The position numbers and the translations under genes were made by a program. The notes under the pieces are model-generated. The model searched no databases, had not been told where the DNA came from, and was given only the letters and a program-made list of their open reading frames with translations. Source: Podarcis gaigeae (lineage: Eukaryota). Taken from it: a stretch of 64,000 bases of DNA. Shown here piece after piece: positions 48,741 through 63,500 of this stretch. Location: assembly GCA_964106915.2 (NCBI GenBank), contig OZ066916.1. One strand, given 5' to 3'. The stretch's first letter is position 1. Every line of letters starts with the position of its first letter.

Positions 48741-51700
48741 GTTCGGACATTTGTAAAGAATCGTTTATAAACGAGAGGAGCCAAACTAAAACTTGGAGTT
48801 TCTGCATTCCTCAAAGAAGTTGCTGCAACAAAGGAACTTTGAGGCACATTTTAAGAACGTAAGATGAGCCCTACAGGGTGAGGCCAGAGGCGCATCTAAT
48901 TCACAACCCTATTCTGCGGAATTTAGTTTGGGTTTGGGTTTTGATAGGAATGTGCTGTGTGTAATTACGCAAGCCATTGTTATTATCCTTTGTTATTATC
49001 CTCTCTCTCTCTTTAGGAAAAAGGGTCTTCTCTTGGCAGGTCACTTCAGGTGGCTACGTATAAGAAAAAGGCATTCATGGAATCATAGCCTGTAGAGTTG
49101 GGAGAGATAGAGAGGGTCATCTAGTCAAACCTCCTGCAAAATCTCTTTCATTCCCTCCTTGTTGCTACGCAGACCAAGCCCTGACATAAAAAATAGATTC
49201 AGAGTTACTTGCGAGTGGTCATCCATTACACTTCTGGCAGGGTTAAAAGACACCTACCGCAATTATGGTTATTTGAGAATAGGTCTGGGATTTCCTGAAT
49301 TCGCTCTTGTACAACCTCTCTGTCTTGGAGCAGAGTGCATCATTTGTGAATCAAGACACCAACAGCAGCTGGGACAATTTCTTCTATACAACCAGCTGAA
49401 TGATGGGTTGTTTTTTGATTCAGTTTACCATAAGACATGTGTAATAGGAGGTGGCTCCCAATTTATTGTTGGGCTTCAACTCCCATCGTCCCTGAAAATT
49501 GACCATAGTGGCTGGAGCCAGGTCCTGCCCACCGATGAGGCAAGCTGAGGTGATTGCCTCAGGCGGCAGGATCACAGGAGTGGCAGTTGCTAATGGTGCA
49601 ATTCCCCACCCCATCCTGTCCCTATCAAATGAATATTCATATAGAAAATGAAAAGGGATTAGAGATGAACCTGCCCTTAGACTTGACTGGATTGCACAGT
49701 ACTGGATATGTGTGTATGTGTGTGTGTATATACAGCTTCCTTTCACTCCTGTGAGATATGGATATTTTTTTAAAAGGAAAATAAATATGTATTTGCCTAT
49801 TTATGTAAAAAGTAAGAACAAGCTTGGGGCAGGTAACACAACTTGTCAGAGCCAAACACAGCAATTGCAGTGAAGCAGGCATTAACATCTCAGTCAAAAC
49901 CATGGGCTGGCGGAACAGTCCTATCCGTTATTCAAAAGTGAGCCTTAAAAAGTTCGGTGAGACTTGCAGCCTAAATTGACCTGCTGCCCACCGGGCATAC
50001 CTCAATATGATCATTGTCATTAAACTTTTAAAAATTATCTTTCCTGTTACCTGAGCTCCTGGAGGATATACACCTGTGTAAGTGAAGTAAGGAAATCATA
50101 GACATGGTACAGCACAGTCCTTACACAGTCCTTCTACTCAGAAGTAAGTTTTATTGGATTCTGTGGGACTGAACTTCCAAGTAAGTGGGAGTTAGGATTT
50201 CAGCCTTAATAGAACATTGTCTTGCCATAGCTTTTCTTTGAACATATGCTGTACAACACTGAAAGGATTTACAACTTTGATACCATGGAAGTATTCATTG
50301 TTTTAACTGCATACCAAAAGCTATCCTCTGCTACTAAACATCCTACAGTGAATAAGAAAAAAAAACTTGAGGGAGGAAAGAAGAACATAGAATCAAATGT
50401 ATATAATTTACAATAAATATGCAATACAGACACGATGTACAAACAATACAAGCCTTTGTTGTACAAAACCTTTGAACACAATACAATTCTATAAACTAAA
50501 ACAGGATACAGATTGGGCATTCTAAAAATAAATATGCAAAAGCTATCTTTCATTTAAGAGGAATCTGAAAAGATTCCACAGCTAAGGTTGAACAAAGCAA
50601 AGTTTTTACATGTCGGAGTATGCAAAAGCAGCTTGATCCAGCTGAGCTGTCATTAGGGACTGCTGAAAGAGACAGAATTGAAAATGGTAAAGGAGGAACC
50701 ACCTAACCACATGCTGATGGCACAGTGGGACTCAGGAAGGATTAGAATGACTTCTAAAGAGAATCAGTAAATATTTGCCACTTTCAGAATTACAAACTCC
50801 TGCCTGCAGATACTGAACAGATTTATTTGAGAATATTGAGAAGATAAAAGCATGATTGTTCATTACTCTCAAATTTAAAACATAGTTTTTAACTGAAACT
50901 CTCTCCAAGTGAAAAAAATGTTCAGTGCTGAACCAAGCAATTGCATAGAATTCACTAAGAAGAGAGTAACAGGAATGCTGAAATATATTCAAGAACTTTT
51001 TCTCATTGGTGGATTCATTAACTCTTTAAAGTGTGCTTGAAAAGCAAGGATGAAATGTGTCTTATAAGACAGTATGTGCTTTATTACCATTAAAAAATAC
51101 AATTAAGGTTAGTGCACCTTTCAGAATGGATCTATGGCTACAATTTTATGCACAGTGCACTGAACTCACAGGGACTTGCTTCCAAGTAAACATGCATGAA
51201 ATAAGCCTGTAAACATCTTTGCCCTAACACACCCAATGTTGCTGCTGCTGAGACACTATGATTCTTTGTCAAGTAGCAGTTAGCTATTGTCTGTGCCATC
51301 TCAAATGTAGTGATGTGGTCCCAGAACGCCTAACGATGCTGTGAGGTTGCTGGTGATGCACAACACAAATTCTTGTCCAAGCCAGCTGCAGTCTATGACC
51401 CATTCATATTTTAAACTTTTTAAAAAAACTTTCAACGCTGAGTGCTTTTACTTTCTGTAACCATAGCATTAACATAAGTACCCTCCTCCTCTTTCCATTT
51501 ATTCTGAGGAAATTTCCATTTCCCTGTCTGTATTAGCAGGTTATGAAGATAAGGCAAACAATTAGGTAAACAAGGTGAGGTAAACAATTTTGTCTCCAAC
51601 TTGCAGCAGTTTCCCAAGAATTAGGGGGCCATGTAAAGTCTGGTGGAATGCAAAGGCCTGCAACCTAAACAGAAAGCTGTGCCAAGCACACAAATTGGGA

Positions 51701-54577
51701 CTTTCAATGGAATGAACAATAAAGGCAGCTGTAAGAGCTCACACTAACACCAACAACTGCAAAGACTTATCAAGGGCCAAGTCTCTCTTTTAAAAGATCT
51801 TCAGGTCACAGAGAATATCACAGTAGACGTACCTCATAAAATTGGCTAATTAAACTACGCTTAGTGCAAAGGTACATAATATCAGCACAAACTAGGCCAT
51901 GTAACCTTGTAAAGAGGTGCCTGGGTTTAACAGTACTGTAACATGTTTTTGCTTCCTGCACTACTGCTCAAGGCCACTTGCCTCATTTTCTTTAATTGTG
52001 TTATGTGCACACTTGAGCATTTGTTTCTTTCATCTGGTTGTATTACGCACAACGTTTTGTTGGATATTAAAAGAATTCAATAAAAATTGTGATATTTATA
52101 TTGGTTAATACTCTTTCCACAGGCATGCGGGGACAGATAGCGATCTCTCTGTAGTGCAAATTCAATATTTATTTAAGAAGCAAATTTACTCTGGTGCTTT
52201 TACAAGCTAAATCTGGCACCTCCTGGCAATTAAACAGAGGCATATCAGCAACGTGACATGGAAGGAAGCTTCACTGAATTTCACTGAGGTTATGCAGGTC
52301 TGCATGTTCAGCGTTTTAAACTTCTGTCCATTCTTTGCTCTCTTAAATAAAAGATTAATGTTGAAATGTAGCAGGAATGTACAGCTGTAAAGTACAGACA
52401 TAAGAGCACCCCTATAATACAGGGGAATTTAGGGGAGGGGAAGTATAATCCATGTTTCTACTTTTCTTAAAATTTGATATCTCAGTACTCGTGAGCTATT
52501 TCTGTTTGCAGATAAATAAACCAATAAATTAGAAAAAGGTCGACTTGCAGTTAGTTAAGGCTACCAATCAACTGAGGTACCAATCAATCTTGCTTTTATG
52601 TGACCAAAATAAATCCCGCTAGTTTAGACAGTTGTTTCTGCATGGCTTAGCTGTAGATGCATTGTAATTAACTGTATTTAGTACTGGTACATGACTTACT
52701 TCACATTCAAAGCTAATGCAATATAAAAGTTCTGTCCACACGTTAAATAACATATACAAATAAATGGAGCTTGGCCCTTTTGTCCTACAGATAATTTAAA
52801 AAGGGTATGTTGGTGCACTCTGGTGGTTGCTTTTGTAACTATTTTTAATAAACAAGTGGGATGAGAGGAGACAAATAGTAGAAATGTAGAGGGTACCACG
52901 CTTCACCAAGTAGTCACTTCATTGTGCAATGAATGACTATCCTACATGTATGGAAATCAATGGAATTTCCTACCAAGATGTATTAACCTTGATCCAGGAA
53001 CAGTGCTAGATTGTATGACAGTTGTATGTAAATATCCCAATATGCAACAGACTGCTTTGCACTGCCTCTGCCATAACCTGAAAAAGAGTAACCAATATTT
53101 ATTCTTGGCTTATTGCATGTGGTTTGTTTGTGGGAGATAAATTAAAAACTTGGGTTCAGACATACTGCTATGCCATACTGTGGTTTTGCTCTCAGTAGCA
53201 TGGCAACTACAGGAGGGGTGGGGAGAGAAGCAAAGCAGCCATGATTTTATCATTGCATGCACTTGCTCATCAAGCTATAGTTTGACTCAGTATTACATGC
53301 AAATGAGACCGCAGGCTGCTTTACATCACAGGCTTACAAATAGCGTTTTTGAACTGTTTTATATGCCACGCTGCCCTTTTTTTTCTTTTATAAATCCAAT
53401 GTGTCTGATGGTTTGCAGGTCCGCCTTGTGTAACAGAGCACCCCATAAAGAAAGAAAAGCTCTTTTTCAAGTGCATTTGGTCCTGCTCTATGAGGATACT
53501 CTTGAAATCAGTTCATCCTCCTTGAATTCATCTTCTAAGTGCATCAACGCTTTATATTTTCTATGCTATACTCCTTGTTATGTTTTTGCCACTAGAGCTG
53601 ATCTATATGCCTCTTTATTACTATAGTACACCCATTCACTTCCGCCAAATAGGTCACTACACCCAATACTCTTCTTACGATCCTTTGTTCTCATTTGTTT
53701 CTGCCCCTATAATTTCAAACTGGAACCTGTTAAACAACGGGGAAAATAGCCCTCACTCTGTGGACTAGAATTCCAAACACTGTCATTTAAGTCACTTTCC
53801 AAATCAAGTATAAGGGGGTGGACCCTGCATGAATTTTCTGAGTTCTGGCATATGCTGTGGATCCATAAGATCTCTAACCATTTGCAATGAAATGTCACAA
53901 AACAACAACAACAACAAGCCTAGAGTTGTACAGTGTACAGACAGCAACCATTTTAGGCGTGTCCAATTTCTCTCACACACACACCACATGCCTCTATGTC
54001 AAGCTGAAAGTTGGTATTCTCAAAATTTTCACTCATATCTGAAGTAAACTAGACAACGGGCAATTTGTCCCCCGTTAATGGTATACTTTATCTTGCCTAA
54101 AGGTAGGGCCAAGTCTGTATTTGCCTAGCACTCTGCCAGCTCTCATTCTGCTGACACGGAGCCCCTACAATCTGCTCATCATGAGTGAAGCACAATGTCT
54201 ACAACCCTTTCTCTGCGACAATGAGAGGCAGAAACACAGCTCCACCATCAGCACCCCACATGGTGGAGCAAATGCTGGGCTCTGGCACAGAGGCCCCAAA
54301 GGCCTTGCTGATGCTGATGCCAGCCTCCCTTTTTAATTTAAAACCAAAAACAAGTACAGGTAAGTGATTTTACATACCATCACTCTAAAAGGAAACATCT
54401 GATGAGGTAGCTGTAACCACAACCATAATAACTTTCCCAGAATGCTTTTTGGCCACAACATTCAGTTCAGAGGCATTCTGACAAATTAAGATGGCGGCTG
54501 CTGCAATGGATTCTTCACCTGGCACTTCACTTTTCAGAGCTGGACTGTCCATTGCTACCACCTTTCCCACTACTGCC

Positions 54578-55180
54578 TGCTATTCGCAATGAGGGAACTG
54601 CCAAAAGGCCCTCGGTTGTAGACCTCAGTGTCTAGGCTGAACAATAGGTACTGAGACACTCCTTCAAGTATATAGGGCTGAATCCATTAAGGGCTTTAAA
54701 TGTCAACACCAACACTTTGAATTGTGCTTGGAAATGTACAGGAAGCCAATGAGTTTTAGGACCGGTGTTATATGGTCCTGGCTGCCATTCCCAATCAGCA
54801 ATCTGGCAGCTGCATTCTGGATTAATTGTAGTTTCCGGGTCACCTTCTAAGGTAGTCCCATGTAGAGCACATTGCAGTAGTCCAAGCAGGAGATAACCAG
54901 AGCCTGTGCCACTCTGGTGAGACAGTGCATAGGCAGGTAGGGTCTCTGCTGGCATACCAAATGAAGCTGGTAGACAGACAAACTGGACACTAGAATTGAC
55001 CTGTGCCTCCATGGACAGCTGTGAGTCCTAAATGACCCCAAGGTTGTGCACCTCGTCCTTCAGGACCAGGGAGCCCCACCCCTGCTCACCTCCTATCCCT
55101 CAGTTCTTCTGACTTGTTGGGATTCAGCCTCAATCCATTAACTGCCATCTACCCTCCAACCGCCTCCAGACACTCACTGA
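54578..55180 (-). mobile_element. Frameshifted L2 ORF2 fragment, same family as 14870-15592
   Basis: Direct similarity to 15130-15592; QALVISCLDYCNVLY and HWLPVHFQAQFKVLVLTFKALNG in different frames. Confidence 0.85.
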
Positions 55181-55983
55181 CTCTCTATATGATAAACTCA
55201 CAACATATAATCATAACTCAGAAATCCTAGAGCTTTTGAAAAATATCCATTCCTGTATTCCAGCCAGAAATGTAATGAGGAACAAATTACTAGAACTAAT
55301 TTTAGAATACTTTTCAGATGTTTCCAGGTGGAAAGAGTTTGCAGTTGCACTGAATTGGTTGCTTGCCATCTGCTGGCTGAAATATAATGCTGCTGCAATG
55401 CAAAAGCACTTTCAGGAGTTTGTTAAATTCAGATGAGAGAAGTCTCGGAGTATCAGTTAGCAAACCATTTCAGAGAGTAATGAAGTTCTCATCCTGTATC
55501 ACCTGTACCTTAATACTGGCAGATGGTAGGTGGGCATTTTGACCACCTGCTGTATTTTATATGACTCAAGACTTAATTTGATTTCTGAGGCAGCCTAATT
55601 TTTAAAGGAGAAATGGGCAGGGTTTTCTCTCTCTTTACAACTCCGTCTCTCTCAGACCCCAAACCAAAATACAGTACCGCTAATCTGTTCAGGAGGAACA
55701 AGGAAAGATGTTCCTATTCCAGCAAGCATTCAGAGAGTAATGGCAATGGTCGTTTTGGGCAGGCAGGATATTATTATTATTATTTATTAAATTTATTGGG
55801 GGGCTACTAAGGCAACACAAAGCAACTTACAATACACAAACAAACAAATGTCAGGTGCCTGCAAGCGGTGTGTGCAGCCCCAATGAAAATGGATCTAGAA
55901 AATTAGGTTAATCCAAGATAGCCTGTATCTGGCATGCAACTACTTACTCAAGAACCTTGTCCAAGAAGGAGAGATTAGCATTA

Positions 55984-56225
55984 CAGTAATAACTCTGGTT
56001 ATGAACCATCCTCCTTGCAAATGCTTCGGGTTACGAGCTCCGCTAACCCAGAAGTAGGCGCTCCTGGTTGCGAACTTTGCCCCAGGATGTGAGTGGAAAT
56101 CACATGCCAGAGGCATGTGCACAGCAGGAGACCCCATTAGCAAAAGCACACCTCAGGTTAAGAACGGTTTTGAGTTGAGAATGGACCTCCAGAACGAATT
56201 AAGTTCATACCCAGAGGTACCACTG
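55984..56225 (+). mobile_element. Diverged Tigger-like MITE related to family A
   Basis: Right end ccagaggtaccactg-TA; internal cgctaacccagaa and ccccattagc. Confidence 0.75.
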
Positions 56226-56399
56226 TACTGACCAAATTACTGACCAAATCCAGGTAGGGTTTCTTAAGGAATGGCCATACTTATCACTGTTTCCTTTCAG
56301 CAGACAGAGACCAACCCCTCTTGCAGCTGGCTGTCCCCTCCCCACTAGTTTTTCTCAACTATGATTGGCAAGAGACATGGGCACAAGTCATGGGACCTG

Positions 56400-56680
56400 G
56401 ATTGAACCAAGCACCTTGTCCACATCCTTGAGCCTTACAAATTTAAACTCATCCCACATAACAGAACCAGACAGTGTTCTGGACACCTCTAGAGATTCAT
56501 CTGCTATAACAGCAGGCAAGATCCTGGCAGATACAAGCAATTTTATCCCCAAAACACTTTGCAAATGAGCCACAGCAATCCACCATTGGTTCTACCACCT
56601 CCTTCGGCCCACTCTATAAAAGGCCCCATACTACCTGGAAAAGCTCTGCCAGAGAGAACCATGAAGATGCAATGGAGGAA
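56400..56680 (-). mobile_element. Decayed L2 ORF2 internal fragment
   Basis: Residual translation WDEFKFVRLKDVDKVLGS resembles the L2 pre-RT region. Confidence 0.5.
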
Positions 56681-58562
56681 GCAAAGTATGCCATGGTTGT
56701 CACTTTCACTGCCACTGAGTAGGCTTGATAGTGACCAATTGTATTCAATTGTATTCAACTGTATTAGTCTGTAGCTTTCCTCCATTTGCGTTGAAGGTGT
56801 CTCTCAGCTTGTTTCATTGCCCTGAGCTCTGGTGTGCACAAAGGTACCAAGCGGGATATACAAAGTGGGAGAGGACACAGGGGATTATTGTATCAATGGC
56901 CTGAGCCATTCTCATGTTCCACAAATTAGCCAGCGCTTCAACAGAAACACCAGTCATATTAGCCAGAACATTTATTAAGAGTGCTGGGAATAGTAGCTCT
57001 GTGGGAGTAAACTACAGCTCCCCTGATTATTTGGGAGAGAGCCATGTGTTTTAAATGTATGGTGTGGATGTCACCTTGTTCCATCTAGCTTTATACAGCA
57101 TTGTCCACTGGATGGAAGCAGCTCTAGAGGATTTCAGATAGGTCCTATCAAGAGATACCAAGGGTTGAACTTGGGCCTTCTGCTTAAGCTAGTGCCCTCT
57201 TGTGTCTCTGGTGAAGAATGCCCATGCATCTGAAATCTCATGCTACAACAAATGAGCATGCTTGTTTGGGGTATATCATAGAGCTCTTTTCTGCTGATCA
57301 AGTCATGCCTTGCTTTGTGAGGCAGTCTGGAGTGCCTGTGGAATTCCAAATCAGAATGGCTAGGGGATTATAAATATTACTTGTAAACTATTGATACAAT
57401 CAGTATTAATTACTATTCATTATGAATCTTATTTAAAAGGGAAGTGCTTACTTTTTTGAAAATGAGTGTTATATATATGCACATACAGTATTGCAAACAT
57501 GTAAATTTCAATTTGTTTTTATAAGCCACACAGGGAAAGGCAGTCTTTTCTATGCTGTATAGTCTGATCTGTTTTGAAGAGATTATAAATATATTTGTAT
57601 TTTTTTTGTTTAGTTTAGACACCATATATCTAATCAAGATTTAACACTGTTTGAACACTTATCTGAAGTCCACAGCCTCCTTTAAATTTGAATATGAGAG
57701 TTTTTTCTGATTCTGGTGAGTTTTGTGTTATCTAAATTTCAGTGAATTTGCTATTACCATAGTAAACATCTCTTGAATTTGGATGCAAATGAAAGAAATG
57801 TTAATGTAGACAAGATGTCCTGTGATCTAAAACCTAATTCTTTTCCAACAATGGTAGGACAGATTTGATAACCAGAGCATAATGGTCTGCTCTGTTAGTC
57901 AAACCAACAATTAAATGTGGTCAGAAAGGGGAGGGGGATGTTTGCTCTGGTTGCTAAGCAGTGATTCATCATTTGTGTTATAATCATTTGTAATATTTGC
58001 TCTACATACTCAATAGATAAGAAACCAAGTTACATCTATCTATCTGGCGTCCTTTAAAAAATCATCATGTATGTCATAAAGTTCAGGAATTTTCAATTTT
58101 TTAAATAAACGCATACTTGGACAATCCAAAGATAAGCACTTAGCCATCCTTCACCACAAGTTCCCAGGGCAGGTTGCAATAACATAATATACAAACCAAT
58201 AAAATATTTGCAATTATAAAAACAAGTAAAACCATTCCAACTAGAACAAAACAGCCCTTTGGTTTTAATAAGAGAAATGTAAGTGTGTCCTTAATTTTCT
58301 CAATGAAGTTTCATTTTGCAGGTTCTCCAATTATTTTTAAAATATTTTATTTGCCACTCATTTGTAAGCTTTTTAATTGGTGTGCTGGTGTGGAAGAGAA
58401 AGAAATATTTTAAATTTCTAACTTTGTTAGCTCCCTTGAGTGGCTCAGCCCTGAACTAGTCAGTGGGGGGGGGGATATACTTAATAATCCATTAATTAAT
58501 TAAATCAATAGCACCCAAAAGTGGGTTATGCCACCAGTGGGTGTTATTTGGTCTGTGATATA

Positions 58563-58701
58563 CCGTATTTTTCCATGTATAAGACTAGGGGTTTTTACCA
58601 AAAAATTAGGGGCTCGTCTTATACACAGGTAGTGCTGAGGAGTGTTTTCTTAATTTGGAGTCACCAAAAATAGGGGGCATCTTATACATGGAAAAACACG
58701 G
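58563..58701. mobile_element. Tc1/mariner-type MITE with TA TSD
   Basis: TA-ccgtatttttccatgtataaga ... tcttatacatggaaaaacacgg-TA. Confidence 0.8.
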
Positions 58702-59941
58702 TATATAGTATGTTTTATGAGAGTTATAAATGGAAAATACAAGTATCAATTAAATAGTCTTAAAAATATCATTCAGTGCAGATGTTCATTCCAAAGAGAC
58801 TTTAACTCTGCTCCCACTTAGAATGGAGGCTCATATGGGCTCCATGCACCTAGGCTGCCCTACGAGAGAATAGGTACATGTGGTTCACCACTCTCCAGTT
58901 TATCTCAGAATCAGTGTAATAAGAGAGCTGGGGGGGGTGGAGTGTCCCACCCTTCACTAATACACTTTCAGGGTGGCTAACAGCCATGAGACTATTAACA
59001 CAATAAACAAAATAAACAACACAACATAATAATGTCAACCAACAGGGGTAATAAGAAATACTGAATTCAGTAACATTTACTTCCTGGTAAGTGGATTTAG
59101 TTATAGATCGCAGTCCAGTGCTGCACAAGTCTGCTTTCCACTGACTTCAATGAGCCATATTCACAGATTTGTGTGTAGAGGTTTGCAGCCCTTAAAATCC
59201 ACCCCTCTGCTATTATTGACACCGTCTTTATGTAATGTGCTATACAAGTATCTTTTGTAACATCAGTGACCGCTTTGCTTATGAATACTGTCTTGTTTTT
59301 TATTGGTCTGCCCATTCTTTGTCTTGCTTTGTTTGTTCAGTGTTTCTCATATTAGTCATTTGAGCCTGTTCTATCCATTTCTGTCTCCTTTGTTCATTGT
59401 TCTAAAGTATTATTTCACATTGGCTGTGAATTTATTTAATTATATGTAAACATATTTAAATTGTGTACAGTGTTTTTATCAACAGGGAAGCTTTCCTAAA
59501 AACAGAAGGAAATACTTTTGGTGTACTATTTTTATATTTTGACTTACACCCAATTTGCATAGAAATATTAGTAGTGGAATCCTGGAAACGACATGATTAA
59601 TTTGTTAACAGAACAAGTATGCTTAACGCAAATCAAAATATAAACAACTTTTCTTTTTTTTTTACAATTAAAGCAGTGTATTAGAACACCCATTTCAGAA
59701 ACTATAGCAGCCCAAATCTAGTATGTTAGTTAATCAGTGCATAAATGAATCAGTTTAATTTGCTGCAACTAAGTAAAGTCGTTTCTCGGCCACCCAGAGT
59801 CGCCACAGTTTCTAGAAGGGAATTGAGAAGAGACACATAAGGAGAAATCCAGAACCATCAGGCTCAGCCCTCAGAAGCCTTTCAAGCTGAATGTTTGATA
59901 ACCTAAAATCTTTGATAACCCATAGTTTTCTACTATTCCTA

Positions 59942-60128
59942 GTAAGGTAGCCATGTTAGTCTGCCGCAGAAAAACCAACAAAGAGTATTGTGTCAGTCTG
60001 GAGACTAATACATTCATTATGGCAGAAGCTTTGACAGACTACTGTTCACTTCATCATATGCATGAAAGCTTGTGCCTTAATAAATGCATTAGCCTTTAAT
60101 GCACCACAAGGCTCTTCGTTGTTGTTTT
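59942..60128. mobile_element. Penelope-like terminal remnant forming an imperfect palindrome
   Basis: gtagccatgttagtctg...aacaaagag...aagcttt...cacttcatcatatgcatgaaagctt...ctcttcgttgtt resembles reptile Penelope termini. Confidence 0.55.
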
Positions 60129-60480
60129 TACTAATTAACTAGTTAACCTAACGAAAGGAGATGATCGAGGACAGAACTAAAATGGATTCAAGGGCAACAG
60201 TCCCTAAAGATGAAGCAGAGAAGAAATCTGAACTGGATGTCCTATTCTAAAACACATTCGGTCTACTCTGATTATAATTTAGTTGAATAATGTATTTTTG
60301 ATAATGTAGAGAGAGTAGAGAGGTTACAGTAAGGAGTTATATGAAATTTAGCAGCAGGCTGAGCACAATGTTTGATTCCTGTTTGAATCAAAGGCTGCAG
60401 CTATGGGAGAAGCAAGACCCTCTTGGGGTATTAATACTGTGAACCCCTCCATTGTAAGCTCAGGTTGTGTGTCTGTGTGT

Positions 60481-60483
<3 letters not shown>

Positions 60484-60532
<49 letters not shown>
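60484..60532. repeat. (CA)n microsatellite
   Basis: Directly visible. Confidence 0.95.
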
Positions 60533-60533
<1 letters not shown>

Positions 60534-63500
60534 ATATATCATAATGACACCACAATCTCTGTTGTGCCTCATTTCCAAAAGGAAACACAAAACCTAGGTA
60601 AAACCACTGGAACTCATGGAATCCCACACCACTCTGAGATTGGGGTGGCATTCAACATTATGTTCACACACATATGGTGATCTTCCTCCTCTCACAAGAC
60701 TGGGCTTCTTTCAGCTGACTATGACATCATCATGCTGATCAACTGCTCTCACGATTCAAAAGGAAAGTTTTATCATGTTAGAAATACAAAATTCAAGTAT
60801 TCTTCCATTTCCTTTGCATATCCAAATGCTTACCATGAATATCTCTCTAATGAGTAGCAAGAACATACTTGCTACCTGTTAGTTGCATTGATTTCCTTCT
60901 TGTCACCCATTCGTTATTAACATTTGCCTCTGTATTTACCTATTCTATCAGTGTCTGAAGTTTGTTAAACGTTGCTGCATTAGTCTGCTCAGCCTTGGAA
61001 AAACATTATGCCTTCCAGTTCTATGCCAAATAGGCATTAAAAACATAAATATTGTGTTCTACTCTTGTTTTTTATTTCCCATCGGTACTGCTGATTCTCT
61101 AACTACCAGGTCAGCTCATAATGATTTCAGATAAGCAAGAACCATCATAGTAATTTATTGCTTAACTGTAGGTCATAACAACAGTAAATAGAAGAGGATA
61201 AATAATTAAAGTCAACAAGCACAGATGCATAACAGTAAATAGGCACTGCACTGCATAAAATCTGGGCAAGGGATAAATTTTAGCCTCACAAAAAAAGGTA
61301 ATCCACAGTAACATAATACATTTGCATAGGCCGCCTCCACCATAATGTTTAATTAAATCAGACTTGTCTTCCCCGTTTAGGTATATCAGTGTCTAGACCC
61401 GAATTCCCTGCCGGTTTTTTCCCTTTTTGAAGTGTGGCTGATTCAGTTCAGTAACTGTGTTCAAGACTCAGCTTACAAAGACCTTACATTCTGAGTGTAA
61501 TCAATCGAGTGAATTTGATTATGCCAGGATAGCCAAAGCTTGCCTAATTAATTAACTGAGAGTGATTAATGACTCAGGCATTTATCAATCAGTATTTTTT
61601 ACACATTCTCAATTTTATGAATATAATATGAACCCAAGCAAAACTATCTCAGCACAGAGAAGTTCCTCCTGCATTCCATATGTAGCTGCCATGAGTATGC
61701 TCCAGGCAAAATTTCTCCATCCTTATTTCTTCATTGCAAATGATTCAACATATAACCATGTCATTAAAGTAAGTTTAAAATGTATAAGATAATCCTTTTA
61801 ACAAATATAAAATGAGATGCAGTCTTTTGCAAATCTATGCATTTAGCAAAGTATGGGAGAGGAAGGATTTTTAAGGCATATATTTACAACAAACATACCG
61901 TGCATACTACAGTTCAAGAATAATCCTTTTTTTAAAGTGATAATTCAAGCGCTTCTAGCTTAGCAAATATGGAAAGACATCTGACCCTCACAGCCTGACT
62001 CATTGAGGTATCTATTATTTGCTAGGACACTTCCAAATCATAAAGAAATTTGGAATACAGAAAAGCAAGTATCCAAACAACTGATTCTGAATGTTCAATA
62101 GGGCTTTAATTTTTAATTTCTCCAACAGTAGCTACCCATGTTACATGGCAAGTTATGTTTGAACCTAAGGAGACTTTCCAGAGCAGTTTATAACATGGTA
62201 AGGGAGTCTTCCAATGAGAACATATGAGCTATGCTAGTCCATCTAGTCTAGCATTCTGTTCTTACATTGGCCAGTCTGATGCCAATTGGAAAACCCCATG
62301 CAGAATCTGAGTGCAAAAGCACCCTTCCCAACTGATTCCCAGCAACTGATATACAGAGGCATACTGCCTCAGAGACAGTGGAGACGGTGTATGTAAAAAA
62401 AAAAATCCTGCTAGTTATGGTCTTTAGATTCCAGCAATATTCAAGGTACTTTCATCACTAGTCAAGTTTGAAAAACACATTTTTTTAATAACAGTTGATA
62501 TGCATACTGCAAAATTTTCCTCCGAAGCACACTACCAGAAAACAAGCCTGATTTGCACATGGCACAGAAAAACTTCAGGTACTGCTGAGTTCCTATTTCC
62601 TGACTTAAACCATGATCAGAGTAAGTAAGGGATAAGAATATGAGTAGCCCAGAATGAATCTACCTTGCTGTCTATCATATGCAGTTGGGAACATATGCAT
62701 ATGTACAGTTGGAGAGATAACAGAGTTCCATCGTCACTCAGAAACACATTTTTTTGCTTACAGAATGCATGCTATGTTAACCACTGCGTTGTAAGAATTT
62801 ACTTGTAAAGAAATCAGAGCTACCACTTCATGCATTAGCAAACAGTTGTGCAAATATCAATGCTTAAAGGCTGAAATGGGTCCTCTCTAAGGATATGCAT
62901 ATTATGATCGTTTGTATTCCAGGAAAATCAATTTCCACTAACATACCCCCAAGTATTATTATTATTATTTGATGAAGAGAAAAGCAAACAGGCTTGAAAC
63001 ATCAAAATGAACAGAGTGGAGGCAGGATTACACTGAAAACATTTTCCAGAAATCAGGATGAAAAAAGTTTAAAATAATAAATGAAATATGTGCCAAGATA
63101 GTTTGCTAGTGTAGAATCTACCTCACTCCCATCAGTCTATGTGAAGATATCCTCATTTAATGGTTCTACACTAGGACCACCTGCAACAACTATTTTTATA
63201 TGAAAACATATAAATTGTGTTATATAAACATATTGTAACTTCTACTAATAAAGTTCTTCTTGCACCCCTCATCTTTACAAGTGATATTTATAAAACAAAA
63301 TCAATACAAAATATCAGTTCTCCCATTTAAGAGCAGCAGTCACCCTAGAACGGACTTACCAACTGACAAGGCATTTGAAAACCTATTGCTCCCCAGAAGA
63401 TCTACCGCAGGTAGAGTGTATAGTTTGGTATCTGTATGTTTTCTCCAAGGAGCGGTTTGTGTGAATATGTAAGAAGTGGTTTGAATTTAATCCAGAATTT

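Noticed and set aside
53150-53626. 158-aa plus-strand ORF
   Set aside because: Non-ATG start, Cys/Leu/Phe-rich random-like composition, no recognisable domain.
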